From: Eledone cirrhosa
Lineage: Eukaryota
Assembly (NCBI GenBank): GCA_964016885.1
Contig: OZ024742.1
Span: 50,902,001-50,966,000 of the forward strand
Direction of reading: 5' to 3'
Length of the DNA stretch: 64,000 nt
Below, piece by piece: positions 24,385 through 37,199 of this stretch (positions are counted from its first letter, which is position 1; each line of letters opens with the position of its first letter). Both the position numbers and the translations under genes were made by a program. The notes under the pieces are model-generated. The model had not been told where the DNA came from, ran no database searches, and saw only the letters and a program-made list of their open reading frames with translations.

Positions 24385-27300
24385 AACCAGGAAGACCCCG
24401 ACAGCTGAGCTCAAGCCGTTTCGACGGCTAATTCTGGACTAAATGAAAATTTATCCTGGTATTTAAATAGCCGATCTTCTCAAGGGGTAATTCCATATAT
24501 GGTCAAAGTGATTGTCAAAAATCAGTAGTAATTCTGTGATTGCAAATTAGTAGGGGAGATGGTGGCTAAACCTGCCAGTAGGAGAAAGAGGGGAGGGGGT
24601 GGAATAGACCCAATCAAGCGTTGGTAGTGCCAGCTACAGCTGGGCATGAGGTCAAAGAAGATACTGGGGAGGGGGAGGGGGAGGAAGTCGGAACGGTAGG
24701 TAGAACAATGGGGGGTAGAAATATAAATGAAAGAAAAAATACTGAGAGTGAAGAAAAGCGAATAAGTGTAAATAAAAAAGTAAAGCAAGTTCTACGACCT
24801 AGGTCTCTAGCTATTGTTAGGCAAGAATAAATAAATAAAGAAAGAAAGAAATAAAGAAATAACGAAATAAGTAGAAGAACTGGGTGGGACGGATTAGGCA
24901 AGGACCCTTTTAAGAGGTATAAGTACGTAAATGATACGGTGACGGGTCAACAAAAGGGGCCAAAATACTAAAGAGACTACCACGAAATAAATAATAAAGG
25001 TTACTATCCCGGGCACAATGCCAGCAACCGCCCAGTGCAGCAAAGTGAACTAGTACGAGATAATAATTCTGAGTCCCGAAAAAAATATATACTAATGCTA
25101 ACTCTAAAAGATCTAAAACAATCTACATGAAGGTTCGTACGAAGTAAAGGTAGAATACGGAAAAATAAATTCAGAATCCACCCCGCCCAAAAGAAAAGCG
25201 AAGAAAGAAATACTGAAACGAAAAAATAAGGCATAAGTGCCACTACGAAATATAGAAGGCACGGAGAATAGTGGGAGCGGTCGGAAAAAGGGGGCAAGTA
25301 TCCGGGGTCTAAACCACTGCTATAAAAGGCGGAGTCCGCCAAATCTATCATAGACTAGGGGAGGGGGTGGGGGTAGTAAGGCTACAAGGGGCCAAAGAGC
25401 AGCCTCGGGTGGGCGAGAAAAGACGCCGACAAAGGAGAAGAGCTGGAGTAGAAGGACTAAGGAGAGAAGGGGGGAAGGAAATAAAGGAAGCGATAAAAGA
25501 ATAAAAAGAAGATCTTACGTCTCCCTTGGCAAGCAGGGGTTACCCATTGCAAAATCGGCAAGTGGGGTGTTATACTCCTAGTCTACCCCCCCCCCCGGGT
25601 CATTATGGGGTTTGAGGGCGAGGTAAGTCCTACGCAATCTATGTTTACATGCAGTTACCACTTCATATTTCTTGTTTAGGAGTTGGTCCGTCGAAAACAG
25701 CATTTGTAAAGTTTCCTCCGAGCATAAATTGCACGGACGGCGTCCTCCCGTGTAAGAATTGGCTCTGGACAGTAATCTCCAAGTGAGATCATAGGTGATG
25801 TTGTTGTCCTTGAGGTCCCATATGTGGCCCGAAAGTGTAGTGGCGTGACGCCGGGCCGGGTTTCGGAAGGTATGTCTATGTTGGTATAGCCGGGTCTTGA
25901 AGTCACATGCGGTAAGTCCTATATAGGCTTTGTTGGAGGTATCCGTCCTCACGTTGCACTGGTAGATCACATTACGGTCTCTGCATCTATTGTCGAGTGG
26001 GCAAATGGATCTATCCGGACAGTTACACCTCTTGGTCGGTTCTCCACTGCTATTTAGGTTATTTCTGCCATCGGGGTTGAGTTTTTTGTTGTTAGAGGAG
26101 ACGATGTTTTGTGCGAAGTTTGGTGTAGTGCTGTAAGAGAGTTTGATGGTATTTTTGTTAATTATGTTGTGGTAGCGGTGTTGTAATGGGAAGTGTTTTT
26201 CAATGAGCCTAAAGAATAGTTGGGAGTTGTCACCTCTGCGTTGTGGGGAGGATTGACCCATGTTACATTGCGTGAGCGGCGGTGTCTCCTGCTGGTTCCG
26301 CTAATGGGAGCTGGACAGTAGGATATTTCCTCCCGGAAACCACTCCGCTTGAGGGCCTGGTTGTAATAAGGCGCATGTTCATCGAATATCCGCTCATTAG
26401 CTGACAAACGGGATATGCGGAGGGAGATGTTTTTGACCAGGTTGTTTGTGATGTTCCTAGGATGGTTTGATCGGCGGTGGATGTAGTGCAGATTGTCATT
26501 AGGTTTCCTGTATGGGTAGTACAGGCCGTTTTCGAGGTCGGGGGTCACGTCCAGGAAGTTTACTCGGGTCAGGGACGTTTGTAGGGTTATTTTAAATCCC
26601 CAGTCGCGGAAGAATCTGATTAATTGTTTCCGGACCCGATCTGTACTACAGGGGTTGTACCCTTTAAGGGTAAGGAGCCCATCATCACGGTACAATCCAC
26701 CACCGAATGCTGGAAACATATCAGTGAGTTTGGCTATTAGGAATAATCCTATAAGATCTGTGACCTCCGCCGAATCCGTGGCGCCCATGCTGACGTCGAA
26801 GGGTGAGTCGGGAGCTCTTTTTATCCATTTAGAGTCGTCAAAGAGTAAGACTGTCTTCCTGGCGTGGAGGATGATTTTTCTTTCCTGGTCGGTGATGGGC
26901 ACAAGTGTTTCGGCGAAGTCCAAGGCGGCAGTAAGTAGCGGTAAGGTGATTGAAGCATAGTAGCTATATATGTCGAACTGTATGAATTTAGTGTCTCGTT
27001 ATATCCCGGGATAGTAACCTTTATTATTTATTTCGTGGTAGTCTCTTTAGTATTTTGGCCCCTTTTGTTGACCCGTCACCGTATCATTTACGTACTTATA
27101 CCTCTTAAAAGGGTCCTTGCCTATAACGTCCCACCTAGTTCTTCTACTTATTTCGTTATTTCTTTATTTCTTTCTTTACTTCTTTCTTTCTTTATTTATT
27201 TATTTATTCTAGCCTAACAATAGCTAGAGACCTAGGTCGTAGAACTTGCTTTACTTTTTTCTTTACACTTATTCGCTTTTCTTCACTCTCAGTATTTTTT

Positions 27301-27730
27301 CTTTCATTTATATTTCTACCCCCCATTGTTCTACCTATCGTCGTGACTTCCTGCCCCTCCCCCTCCACAGTATCTTCTTTGACCTCATGCCCAGCTGTAG
27401 CTGGCACTACCAACGCTTGATTGGGTCTACTCCACCCGCTCCCCTCTTTCTCCTACTGGCAGGTTTAGCCACCATCTCCCCTACTAATTTGCAACCACAG
27501 AATTACTACTGATTTTTGACAATCACTTTGACCATATATGGAATTACCCCTTGAGAAGATCGGCTATTTAAATACCAGGATAAATTTTCATTTAGTCCAG
27601 AATTAGCCGTCGAAACGGCTTGAGCTCAGCTGTCGGGGTCTTACTGGTTCCTATTACCCACTCTACTACCTCAAGTATTGAGTACTTTGGTGCGTTATGG
27701 TCCACCTGGTTCCTTACCACATTTCCTTCG

Positions 27731-27732
<2 letters not shown>
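24381..27732 (-). mobile_element. 5'-truncated Penelope-like element (Naiad-like): RT plus GIY-YIG with ~640-bp inverted pLTR
   Basis: RT with FDVSMG..DSAEV.DLIG, LYRDDGL, VNFLDVT and SNHP (26990-26162). Frameshift near 26230. GIY-YIG with CNC-x5-CPL, VIY..YIGLT and CNLC (to 25578). 24381-25013 is the reverse complement of 27005-27653. (TA)n on both sides. Confidence 0.93.
27546..27639 (+). ncRNA. Type I hammerhead ribozyme with full stem III (mirror at 24395-24488, minus strand)
   Basis: acccc-TTGAGAA-gatcggcta...tagccgtc-GAAA-cggct[tgagctc]agctg-TC-ggggt. Confidence 0.75.
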
Positions 27733-27815
<83 letters not shown>

Positions 27816-27824
<9 letters not shown>

Positions 27825-28448
27825 GAAATAGCTGTGTAGTAGCTATTTAAGGTAACTTAAAATGCAGTGGGAATACGAAGAATGAAAGAACGAGGGGGGT
27901 GGGAATTTTCCTCATCAGTTGTCTACTGGGGGTCTCTGATATTTCTACGCTTTAAAGACAAGATATCTACCGCCCAGGGCGTCAATAACTGGATAAGTTA
28001 TTGGGAAAACGAAGGAAGGGGGGAAGGAAAGCAAAGGGAAAGAAAAGAGAAAACTAACAAAACAGCGAAAGAAAACAGCAACAAAACGAGCAATGTGCGA
28101 GCAAGTATAGATAGGAAATCCAAGATCACTCGATAAGAGAACTTAATTTCAAGACTGAATGGTCGAGAGCAACAAGACACACGTCCGCCGCCGCAGTTGT
28201 AAGTGAGAAGAGTACTGCTAAACGGTCAGGCGAGGGGGTGAAAGTGAGAGGGAGAAAAGGAGATGAAGAAAGTAGATAGGGAGAACGGGAGGGGAAGAAA
28301 AAGAGGTGTAAGAGTAGAAAGTGGCGAAATAGGTAGAAGGGGAGAGAAGAATGATCACGGCGAAAAACAAGATGAAATATATGGAGAATAGAAATGGCTG
28401 GTTAGTTGCTATTTAAAGTAACTTAAAACGCAGTGGGAATACGAAGAA
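27816..28448 (-). repeat. ~570-bp unit with ~62-bp terminal direct repeat; partial inverted copy at 53357-53622
   Basis: gagaatagaaat...gtgggaatacgaagaa occurs at both ends. A CTGATGA half-core is present on the minus strand at about 27912. Confidence 0.65.
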
Positions 28449-29016
28449 AGCAAGATAACATACAATATATGTTACACATATATATATGTGTGTGTGTTAC
28501 ATATATTGTAATGTTTTATATCTATTTATTACTTTTTATTAGACATTTAATATTTCTTACATAGTGGATATCGTATAGTTACGCTATATACTTTCTCACT
28601 TTCTTTTCTCGATCCGTCTTTTTCTTTACCAACTTAGCGTTTATTTTAGCGTGTTTAATAGAAAGGCATATCTTTCATACGACAGAGGATAGGCAGTATC
28701 ACTAGAGGGTCGCATGACCTGCTTCCCTTTTCTGGGAGCGATTTTCTCCCCTGTCTACCACCCCTTCAAATGACTGCGCCTAGAGTAAAGAATAGAAATA
28801 ATTGTTTATCTTATACGATGTTATAATTTCAATGTAACTCCTTGTCCGTTGTATATATTTACCTGGTGTCTGATTTCTGAATGTTTTTAATAATTTTACA
28901 TACTAAACACCATTTAGCTTCAAATATTATTGGCAACGCTCTTATCTTTAACAAAATATTTAAACTTGTATATACATACATCCATACAGACAGTCTCCCG
29001 GGTGTTTTTACAACAG

Positions 29017-29087
<71 letters not shown>

Positions 29088-29092
<5 letters not shown>

Positions 29093-29262
29093 TAACAGAT
29101 TAAAGTTTAAGCAAAGAATCGCTGCTTTCACCCTTTAAGGGTCAAAGTAGCGATTCTTTGCTTAAAATTTAATCTGTTATATTAATAAATATTTTCTCTA
29201 GGGTTCTTATATATTTAATATATATTTATCCTTATCAAGCCCTCTTTGGATTTTAGTCTTCA

Positions 29263-29265
<3 letters not shown>
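29088..29265 (+). repeat. Short fold-back hairpin (29088-29183) plus tail; tail homolog at about 57350-57435
   Basis: ataacagattaaa..aagcaaagaatcgct / agcgattctttgcttaa..tttaatctgttat arms next to (TA)n. Confidence 0.7.

Positions 29266-29326
<61 letters not shown>
29266..29326. repeat. (TTA)n microsatellite
   Basis: About 20 units immediately 5' of the second L1/Tx1 copy. Confidence 0.97.
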
Positions 29327-29327
<1 letters not shown>

Positions 29328-32300
29328 GAATGCCATGGTTGACGGAGGTTCGGCTCTGTAAGGTATAGTAATTTTAAACCGCTATAACAAATGTAAATTG
29401 TTTAAAACATGAACCAAATTGTAGATAAAAACACGCTGCTTCTCGTGAGAGGGGTCTTTCTGCCCGTTATTTGGCCATTCGGGGTTAAATAACCGCTTAT
29501 TGGGGTTTTGTGTCCAATATTCATTTTCAAACGTAAAAAAAAAACATGGCTACAAAAAAGACTTTTCACAAGTCACTACCACTCCTTCCGTCTTCTTTCT
29601 CAATCGTCACTACATCAGAGAGAAGATTGTCTCTCTCCCTTCTCTAAATGTGGTGTCGCCTCTTTCGCAAGCGACGCCATTAAAGAAAATGAAAAATATA
29701 GTTTCTGATAGCCTTCACCAAGAGCACGAGCATAGCGTGGAACATTTCTCCACGACTCGACAACGACGAAAAATGTGTGCGGTAAATACGGAAAGCCATT
29801 TCACTCGTCTGGCGTCATGAAGAATAGCAGTAGCAGCCGTAATAACAGCAACAGCAGCAACAGTGACAAGGAAAACACTAGTAGCAGCCGCAACAACATC
29901 AGCAGCAGCATAAACAACAACAGCAGCAACATCAACAACAACCACAGCAACAGCGGAGGCGGCAGTCGTAGTACCAGCAGCAACAACAAAAGGAAAAGCA
30001 GATCTGACGACAACAACAACAAGAAAGAAAAAAACAATCTCGTTTGCAGGTATCTAAAAGAACCTGGAAACCATCCTTATAACAAATGAGGAATTACAGG
30101 AAGCAAAGAAGATGGTGACGAAAACCGGACACCGAACAATCTGCAAGGCATCCGAACAAATTTTCGAAACCCAACAGCACTGTACGGTCACATACCGTAC
30201 AGTAAGCACAAAATCCCGTAGGGTTGAAAGAGCCACAGAGGCTCAAATACAAAAAGCCTTAAGGTCTGTGTGGCAGCGGAAAACGCATATCACCTGAGGC
30301 AAGAAATATGCGACGGTGGACGTGCTTTTGCCACACCTCAGGAGGCAAAGGCTCAATCCTTAGTGACCCTAAGGAGCGAGGAAATTGTATTGGTGCCCTC
30401 CTACTGCGGGAAAAAAATTGTGAGGGTCAAACTGACTCACATCCCCCCCCCATCCCCGGGATGGCCCCCTCTGGGCTGGCCGCGTCTGTCCTCGTCGGAA
30501 TCGAGGACAAAACAACTTTACTGCAATTACAGAAAAAAGTAGAAGATTGGGTCGGCACCTCCATTGAGATGTTGATCCAAACCAACCAGGAGTGCATCGA
30601 AGCTATCCCGGATGTGATAGACTTCGATAACGGCACTCAGCTGCCCATAAGTGTTGAGGGCAAACGCCCGAAATGCTTTCGCTGTGGATCGAAGACTCAC
30701 CTCAGGGCCTTCTGCAATGAGCAGACCATGAGAAAGAAGAACACCCCCTCCTTCCAAAACCGGATCCACTGCTACCAGCAACAGGACAGGCAGCAAGCAG
30801 GAAGGATAGGTCCGTGGCACCCATACCCACGCCACGGAAATCAAGAACAGCAGCAGCAGTGGAAGTATTAACAACAACAGCAGTAATACCATCTGCAGCT
30901 GCAATAGAGACTCCACTGCAAACATCATCAACAACAACAAGTGAAAGAGTGGAGCTGGGACCTCTCCCCGACCTCACAGAATCGGCCATGGAGTGTTAGC
31001 TGGGAGAGGGATGGCAAAGGGTCGCAAGAAAGCATAAACGCAGAAGCAGCGCATCGTCGCCTTCGAAAAGGGAGGAAAGAAATGAAAAAAGGGTAAAGGC
31101 TACTGCCATGAGACTTACAGTAGCAACACCACCAACACCATCACCACCCACACTAGGCCCACCATCACCAGCGGCGGCAACCCCACCGCATACAACAACA
31201 ACACCTTCAACACCACCACCACAAGCACCAATATCGCAAACACAACCATAAAACACACATACCCAGCAACAATGACAAGAAAATAGCAGAACCACACCCA
31301 CCCCCAGAAAAAAAATGCACAGCAATAAATACACACAACAAGAAACTAATGACTTACATAATTGAACACAGACATTTCACAGCATGACTACATAATACCA
31401 GCACCAATGAAAACACCAACGAACATAATACTGGTAAGAATAGCACAGAAACAATACACAAACATTAAAACGAAATTCTCCAACGCAGTTGGTGATTTCA
31501 GTGAGCTAGGAGGGACTCTCAACCGTAGAGTATATTCGGATATACTCACAGAAGAGCCGACGACTAGCCGAAGGGACGATTCAACGATCCCTTCACCAGA
31601 CGATCAAGTGAAAAGAGATGCAGAAACCATTCTTCTTCTACGAGAAGTAAGGTAAGTGGTCTTTCCCATCTTTCCCACTCCATTTCAACATGACCTGACT
31701 CAGAATAGGCAGCATAAATGCGCGTGCCTTGGGGTCGTCATGGAAGCAGGGCCACCTGCTCAACGACCTCAAGTCACTAAACATAGATGTAGTGGCCATC
31801 AGCGAGACCAGAATCTCCGAAGCACGGGCCTTCACACCAATCTTCGGCGGCTACGATGTGTACACATCTCCCAGCCGTCCTATATCGGGGGGGGGGGAGT
31901 TGCTGTGCTTTTTCGGAGAGGTTTGGTCTCGCTATACGGGCCATCTTCCAGGACACAGAAGGTAAGTTGGCGGTGCTGGACGTGACCAGCGGAGACGGGC
32001 AAGCTTTCAGGTTAGTGGCCGTTTATCTCCCGACAGGAGCAGGGCGGCCTGATTTCTTCCGGCGTCTGGAGACCTTTCTAGGAACGTCCCGCTCTTTAGT
32101 GTTAGTGGGCGACTGAACGGGATCTTAGATGCACACTGTGACTGTGTGGAATTAGCGGATATGGGAGGAGGGTGAAAGAGCCTCACCAACCTGCTCAGGC
32201 GTTTTGAACTGTGTGACAGGTACCGATTGGATTTCCCGAATGTGCCAATGTGGACTTGGACAAATCGCATAGGGTCATCCAGATCATATCCAGATAGAGT

Positions 32301-33804
32301 ATGTTGTAAGAAATAGATAGGTCTAGCATAGGCTGTCAACAATTCAAGATAGTTAGCTACACGGACCACACATTCGTGATCTGTGTGCTTGACTTAGATA
32401 GGTTTCATAGACGAGGACCCGGCTACATAAGCTAAACGCGCCCTTACCAGCGCGCAAGGCCGACAGAGACAGGATTAGCGAACTATTTACGCGGGCGTTG
32501 ACGGCCATCATAAACAACAAGTGGTGGTTTGCTCTGAAAAGAGCGATTATAATAGAGTCCATTAGGTTTAGTAAGGCTTTAGTAATAGAGAAAAATAGAG
32601 CAGAGGGAGAATTACTTAGAAAATTAGACGAGGCGCTTAGCAAAGGCATCGCGGACGACTTACTTGAGGCGAAATTGGCCCTTGACGAATTCTTTAATGC
32701 AACGCACGAAGGCTGCGTTGTCAGAGCTCGGGTGCGTGCTCTCAGACATACGAGACGAAAGCCGTTCAATGGGCCCGCGTGGCGGAGGCGCATCGTGGAA
32801 ATATCTGAAGCTTTTCAGCGACACTTCGCTCAGCTTTTCCGGGGCTGCGGCGGGCCGATCGAGAGATGGATTTTACTGTCTACCTCGACGGACTGTCGCG
32901 GTTCTACGCCACTGAGACATAGTGTTGCGAAAAGCCGATAACAGCTGCTGAAGTACGGGAGGCAACGACTGGTGCACAAGGGGTAAATCGCCAGGTTTTG
33001 ATGGTCTGCCCTATGAAATTTACGTACATATGCCAGACTTGTTCGGCGGCCTCTTGGCGGACGTTTACTGCAAATGGCAACAGAACCGGAGAAATCTCAG
33101 ATCTGTGAGCCAAGGAGCTGTGGTGCTGCTGAGAAAGGATCCGGACAAGGGGATAACATGGATACTTTCAGGCCCATGACTCTGCTAAACACAGAGTTCA
33201 AGATTTTAGCCAAGCTGCTAGTAAAGAGGTTGGCGCTTGTCGTTGGTGGTCTGGTGGGAGAGGCGCAGACATGCGCCATTCCCGACAGATCCATCCACGA
33301 CAACCTCCTCCTCATGCGATACATCGTAGAGGGGGGGTAGGGAACCTGGCACGGGTGGGACCTTGATCAATTTAGATCAGTCGAAAGCTTTCGATACGGT
33401 CGACCACGTTACCTAGGGGCTGTCTTGATGGCGGCTGGCTTTGAGGCCGTCTTCAGAGGCTGGATCGCTGCCATGCACAGCGACATCTGCTCTGTGGTGA
33501 GAGTGAACGGTCACCTTTCGGAACCGTTCAACATCATGCGCTCGGTCCGCCAAGGTTGTCACCTCTCGTCCCTCTTGTACGTATTGACTCTCGAGCCATT
33601 ACTGCACAAACTGGAGACGTTGAGGGGGGTCCCGCGTGAACTAGGATGAGGAAGAACCGTGTCAGCATATGCGGACGATGTCACCGTAGTGGTGTCGAAC
33701 GGCAAACACATCGAGGTGATAGGCACTACTTTAAGAGAATACGAAGCGGTGACAGGAAAAAATGATCAACCAGGAAAAGTCAGTGGGCCTGCAGCTCGGC
33801 ACAT
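29327..33804 (+). mobile_element. Decayed L1/Tx1 element, second copy, 3'-truncated
   Basis: ORF1 has zinc knuckle KCFRCGSKTHLRAFC and ends LREVR* at 31655. ORF2 starts at 31690 with APE motifs. RT motifs are FRPMTLLNTEFKIL, DQSKAFD, VRQGC.LS and AYADD (about 33665). Frameshifts and stops are present. Confidence 0.93.
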
Positions 33805-34515
33805 GTGACAGGTTGCAAAACATATATATCTATGACTTTATGTATATGTAAACCTTTATATTTAATAATCTCCCGTTAGGTTGAGATACAATTGGGCGAT
33901 ATTGGGCTGCGCTTTCTAGCAACAAGCCACCCCGCCGTAAGCAACTAATCACATTATTTCTAACTTGACCACTGCCACGTCACGATTCTTAGCCATTTTT
34001 GGATCTATTTTTGGCGCGATCACTTTGGAAAATTAAATGTCTAATTTTGATTTCGCTCCTGATGAGTCCGAAACTCTGGACATTTCCTGTTATTGGATGT
34101 CTTAAAATACGGACGAAACCATGCTAGAGATAATTACGGTATGTACACATTTCTTCTAAGTTTGAATTTACACCTAATTGTGTATGGTTGACGGTATATT
34201 TGGTCAGTTTCTACATGCTGTTGAAATGTTGGATAAATACTCTATCGTGGCCACCGCGAAGAGGCCGGTTTTTTTACTTGTCGAAAATTTCTTCATAAGA
34301 GCCTTTATTCTTATAGCTTGGTCTAATTGATTTTTTATATGGTTAATTATGCTAATTGGGAGAAGAAATGGTATATATTTTATCTAGTGATTCTAAGGAC
34401 ATGATTTATGATATATTACTCTGATTATTTATTTTATTAATTCTTCATTGAGCCACAACGTGACCGGTTGCAAAACATATATATCTATGACTTTATTTAT
34501 ATGTAAACCTTTATA
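33805..34515 (+). mobile_element. HHR-bearing 655-bp monomer with ~55-bp terminal direct repeat (pLTR/retrozyme-like)
   Basis: gtgac.ggttgcaaaacatatatatctatgacttta...aaacctttatat occurs at 33805 and 34460. HHR at 34056-34129. Confidence 0.7.
34056..34129 (+). ncRNA. Minimal type I hammerhead ribozyme
   Basis: ctc-CTGATGA-gtccg[39 nt]cggac-GAAA-ccatgc-TA-gag. Confidence 0.7.
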
Positions 34516-34525
34516 TATATATATA

Positions 34526-34705
34526 TAATTGTTTCTACTTTAGGCACAAGGCCAGTAATTACCCAGTGCATTACTGGTACGTTATTTTATCGACCTCGTA
34601 AGGATGCAAGGCAAAGTCAACCTCGGCGGGATTTTGACTCAGATCGTAAAGGGGCGTAACTATGCTGGAAAGCATGGCGTCCGACCCTCTACCGATACTG
34701 CCGAT
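34526..34705 (-). mobile_element. tRNA-derived SINE
   Basis: Reverse complement of the 9172 family. Confidence 0.85.
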
Positions 34706-35059
34706 AATACCATAATTACTATATATATATATATAGTAATTAAAAACGTGTTGGTAAAATCCAGTACTTCAGTATGCAGATAGTGAGCACTCAACGAAGA
34801 TATAAATTCCGGAGTTATAATAGTGACGAAACATAAGTCAAATCTATGAACTAATAGTCCTTTATTTATCGCTATATATATTTCGATGATAGATATTGTA
34901 TGGCTATGACCTCATCAGGCAGTCAGTACGTTCTTACATATGCCAGCTCTGGGTTTTTGGTGTTGATGGTTTTAGAGCCTTGCGACATATGAGCTTGTTA
35001 GGGACAATTTAATGTTGTCAGCAGGAACAATCTTAATTCTCATTGGTCAGTTTGTAGAT

Positions 35060-35299
35060 GCAAATATTTCGTGTACATATTCTGCAGCACTGATCTGATT
35101 TCGAATATTTTATATATATTTACACAATGCGCATTGGAGAAATAACTCTGGAATACAACACAAAAGAAACGGACCTTGTAACAGCACCGAATGCTTCGTA
35201 TGATGCATCCTTTGTAACTGTTATTACACAGCTAACCAACACACACACAAACATATATATATTTATATATATATATATATATATATTATATATTATATA

Positions 35300-35362
<63 letters not shown>

Positions 35363-36238
35363 ATATATATATATAAATATATATATATGTGTGTGTGTGT
35401 TGGTTAGCTATATATACTGACAAAACATAAGTCAATTGAATGAAGTCATGATCCTTTATTTACCGCTATATATATTTCGATGATAGACATGGTATGGCTA
35501 TGACACCCATCAGGCAGTCAGTAAGTTCTTAGATATGCCAGCTCTGGGTTTTTAGTGTTGATGGTTTTAGAGCCCTGGGACATATGAGCTTTTTAGGGAC
35601 AATTTAATGTTGTCAGCAGGAATAATCTTAATTCTCATTGGTCAGTTTGTAGATGCTAGTAAGAGTGGTATTTGACATCAAAGATGTCTGTGGTGTTGTA
35701 AAGTTCAAACAGTCAGGCAAGGTGACAATAGTTCCATATGACTGATTTTCACAAAAAGCATTCCTGGTCAGATATATATTCAATTGTAATGATCTTCACA
35801 AAAAGCATTACAATTGAATATATATCTGACCAGGAATGCTTTTTGTGAAAATCAGTCATATGGAACTATTGTCACCTTGCCTGACTGTTTGAACTTTACA
35901 ACACCACAGACATCTTTGATGTCAAATACCACTCTTACTAGCATCTACAAACTGACCAATGAGAATTAAGATTATTCCTGCTGACAACATTAAATTGTCC
36001 CTAAAAAGCTCATATGTCCCAGGGCTCTAAAACCATCAACACTAAAAACCCAGAGCTGGCATATCTAAGAACTTACTGACTGCCTGATGAGGTCATAGCC
36101 ATACCACGTCTATCATCGAAATATATATAGCGGTAAATAAAGGATCATGAGTTCATACAATTGACTTATGTTTTGTCAGTATATATAGCTAACCTACACA
36201 CACAGACAGACACATATATATATTTATATATATATATA

Positions 36239-36337
<99 letters not shown>

Positions 36338-36590
36338 ATATATATAAAATATAATATATAATATATAATATATATATATATAAATATATATATGTTTGTG
36401 TGTGTGTGTTGGTTAGCTGTGTAATAACAGTTACAAAGGATGCATCATACGAACCATTCGGTGCTCTTAGAAGGTCCGTTTCTTTTGTGTTGTATTCTAG
36501 AGTTATTTCTCCAATGCGCATTGTGTAAATATATATATAAAAGATTCGAAATAAGATCACTGCTGCAGAATATGTACACGAAATATTTGC
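35060..36590. repeat. ~1.5-kb nested palindrome centred near 35799, containing HHR copies (35462-35518 minus, 36079-36134 plus; a further copy at 34868-34923 minus)
   Basis: 35410-35792 mirrors 35807-36190, and 35060-35260 mirrors 36390-36590 across the TA tracts. Confidence 0.88.
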
Positions 36591-36727
36591 GTATTGCAAT
36601 TATTTTAAAATCTATCAGCTCTGTATACAATCAATTTGACGGGTCTATTTTTCTTCATCTCTTCAGATATGCGATTTTATATGCACAAATGCATCTAAAT
36701 TCGCTCTATATATATACATATATATAC

Positions 36728-36810
<83 letters not shown>

Positions 36811-37199
36811 CTTAAATATCAAATGTGTACAGATAATTCTGGTGAGTTTCGTGTCCCTTCGGATTATGAAGCATTAGTGTGTTTTTCATAACAAAGCGGG
36901 TTGCGAACTCAATTATGCCAACTTCAAACCAGACTACACCTATTTCAAGCCATTAAGTGTTTCCGATATCCATTTATTATTTTCGGGTTCATTTTGCTCG
37001 AGACGGGTTTAATAGAGGTGCTATTTCTACGTGTAGACGAACATTAAGTTTCTGTTTTTTGTATTTTTCTCTTGGTCTATTACATTCAAGACTGAGAAAC
37101 TGTTTTATAAACATGCCATCATTCTTCACTCAAATTTACTTAAGCTGTCTTTGGTGACATTTTTAATATCCAACTGTTTCATCTTTGACTTGAACTTGA

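Noticed and set aside
25578-26261. Selenoprotein-type Naiad (UGA recoding)
   Set aside because: Both Naiad-like GIY-YIG frames have ordinary Cys codons at the conserved positions and no in-frame TGA in the visible parts.
29775-30089. Ser/Asn-rich or Leu-rich ORFs
   Set aside because: CAG/CAA trinucleotide tract within the decayed L1/Tx1 ORF1 region.
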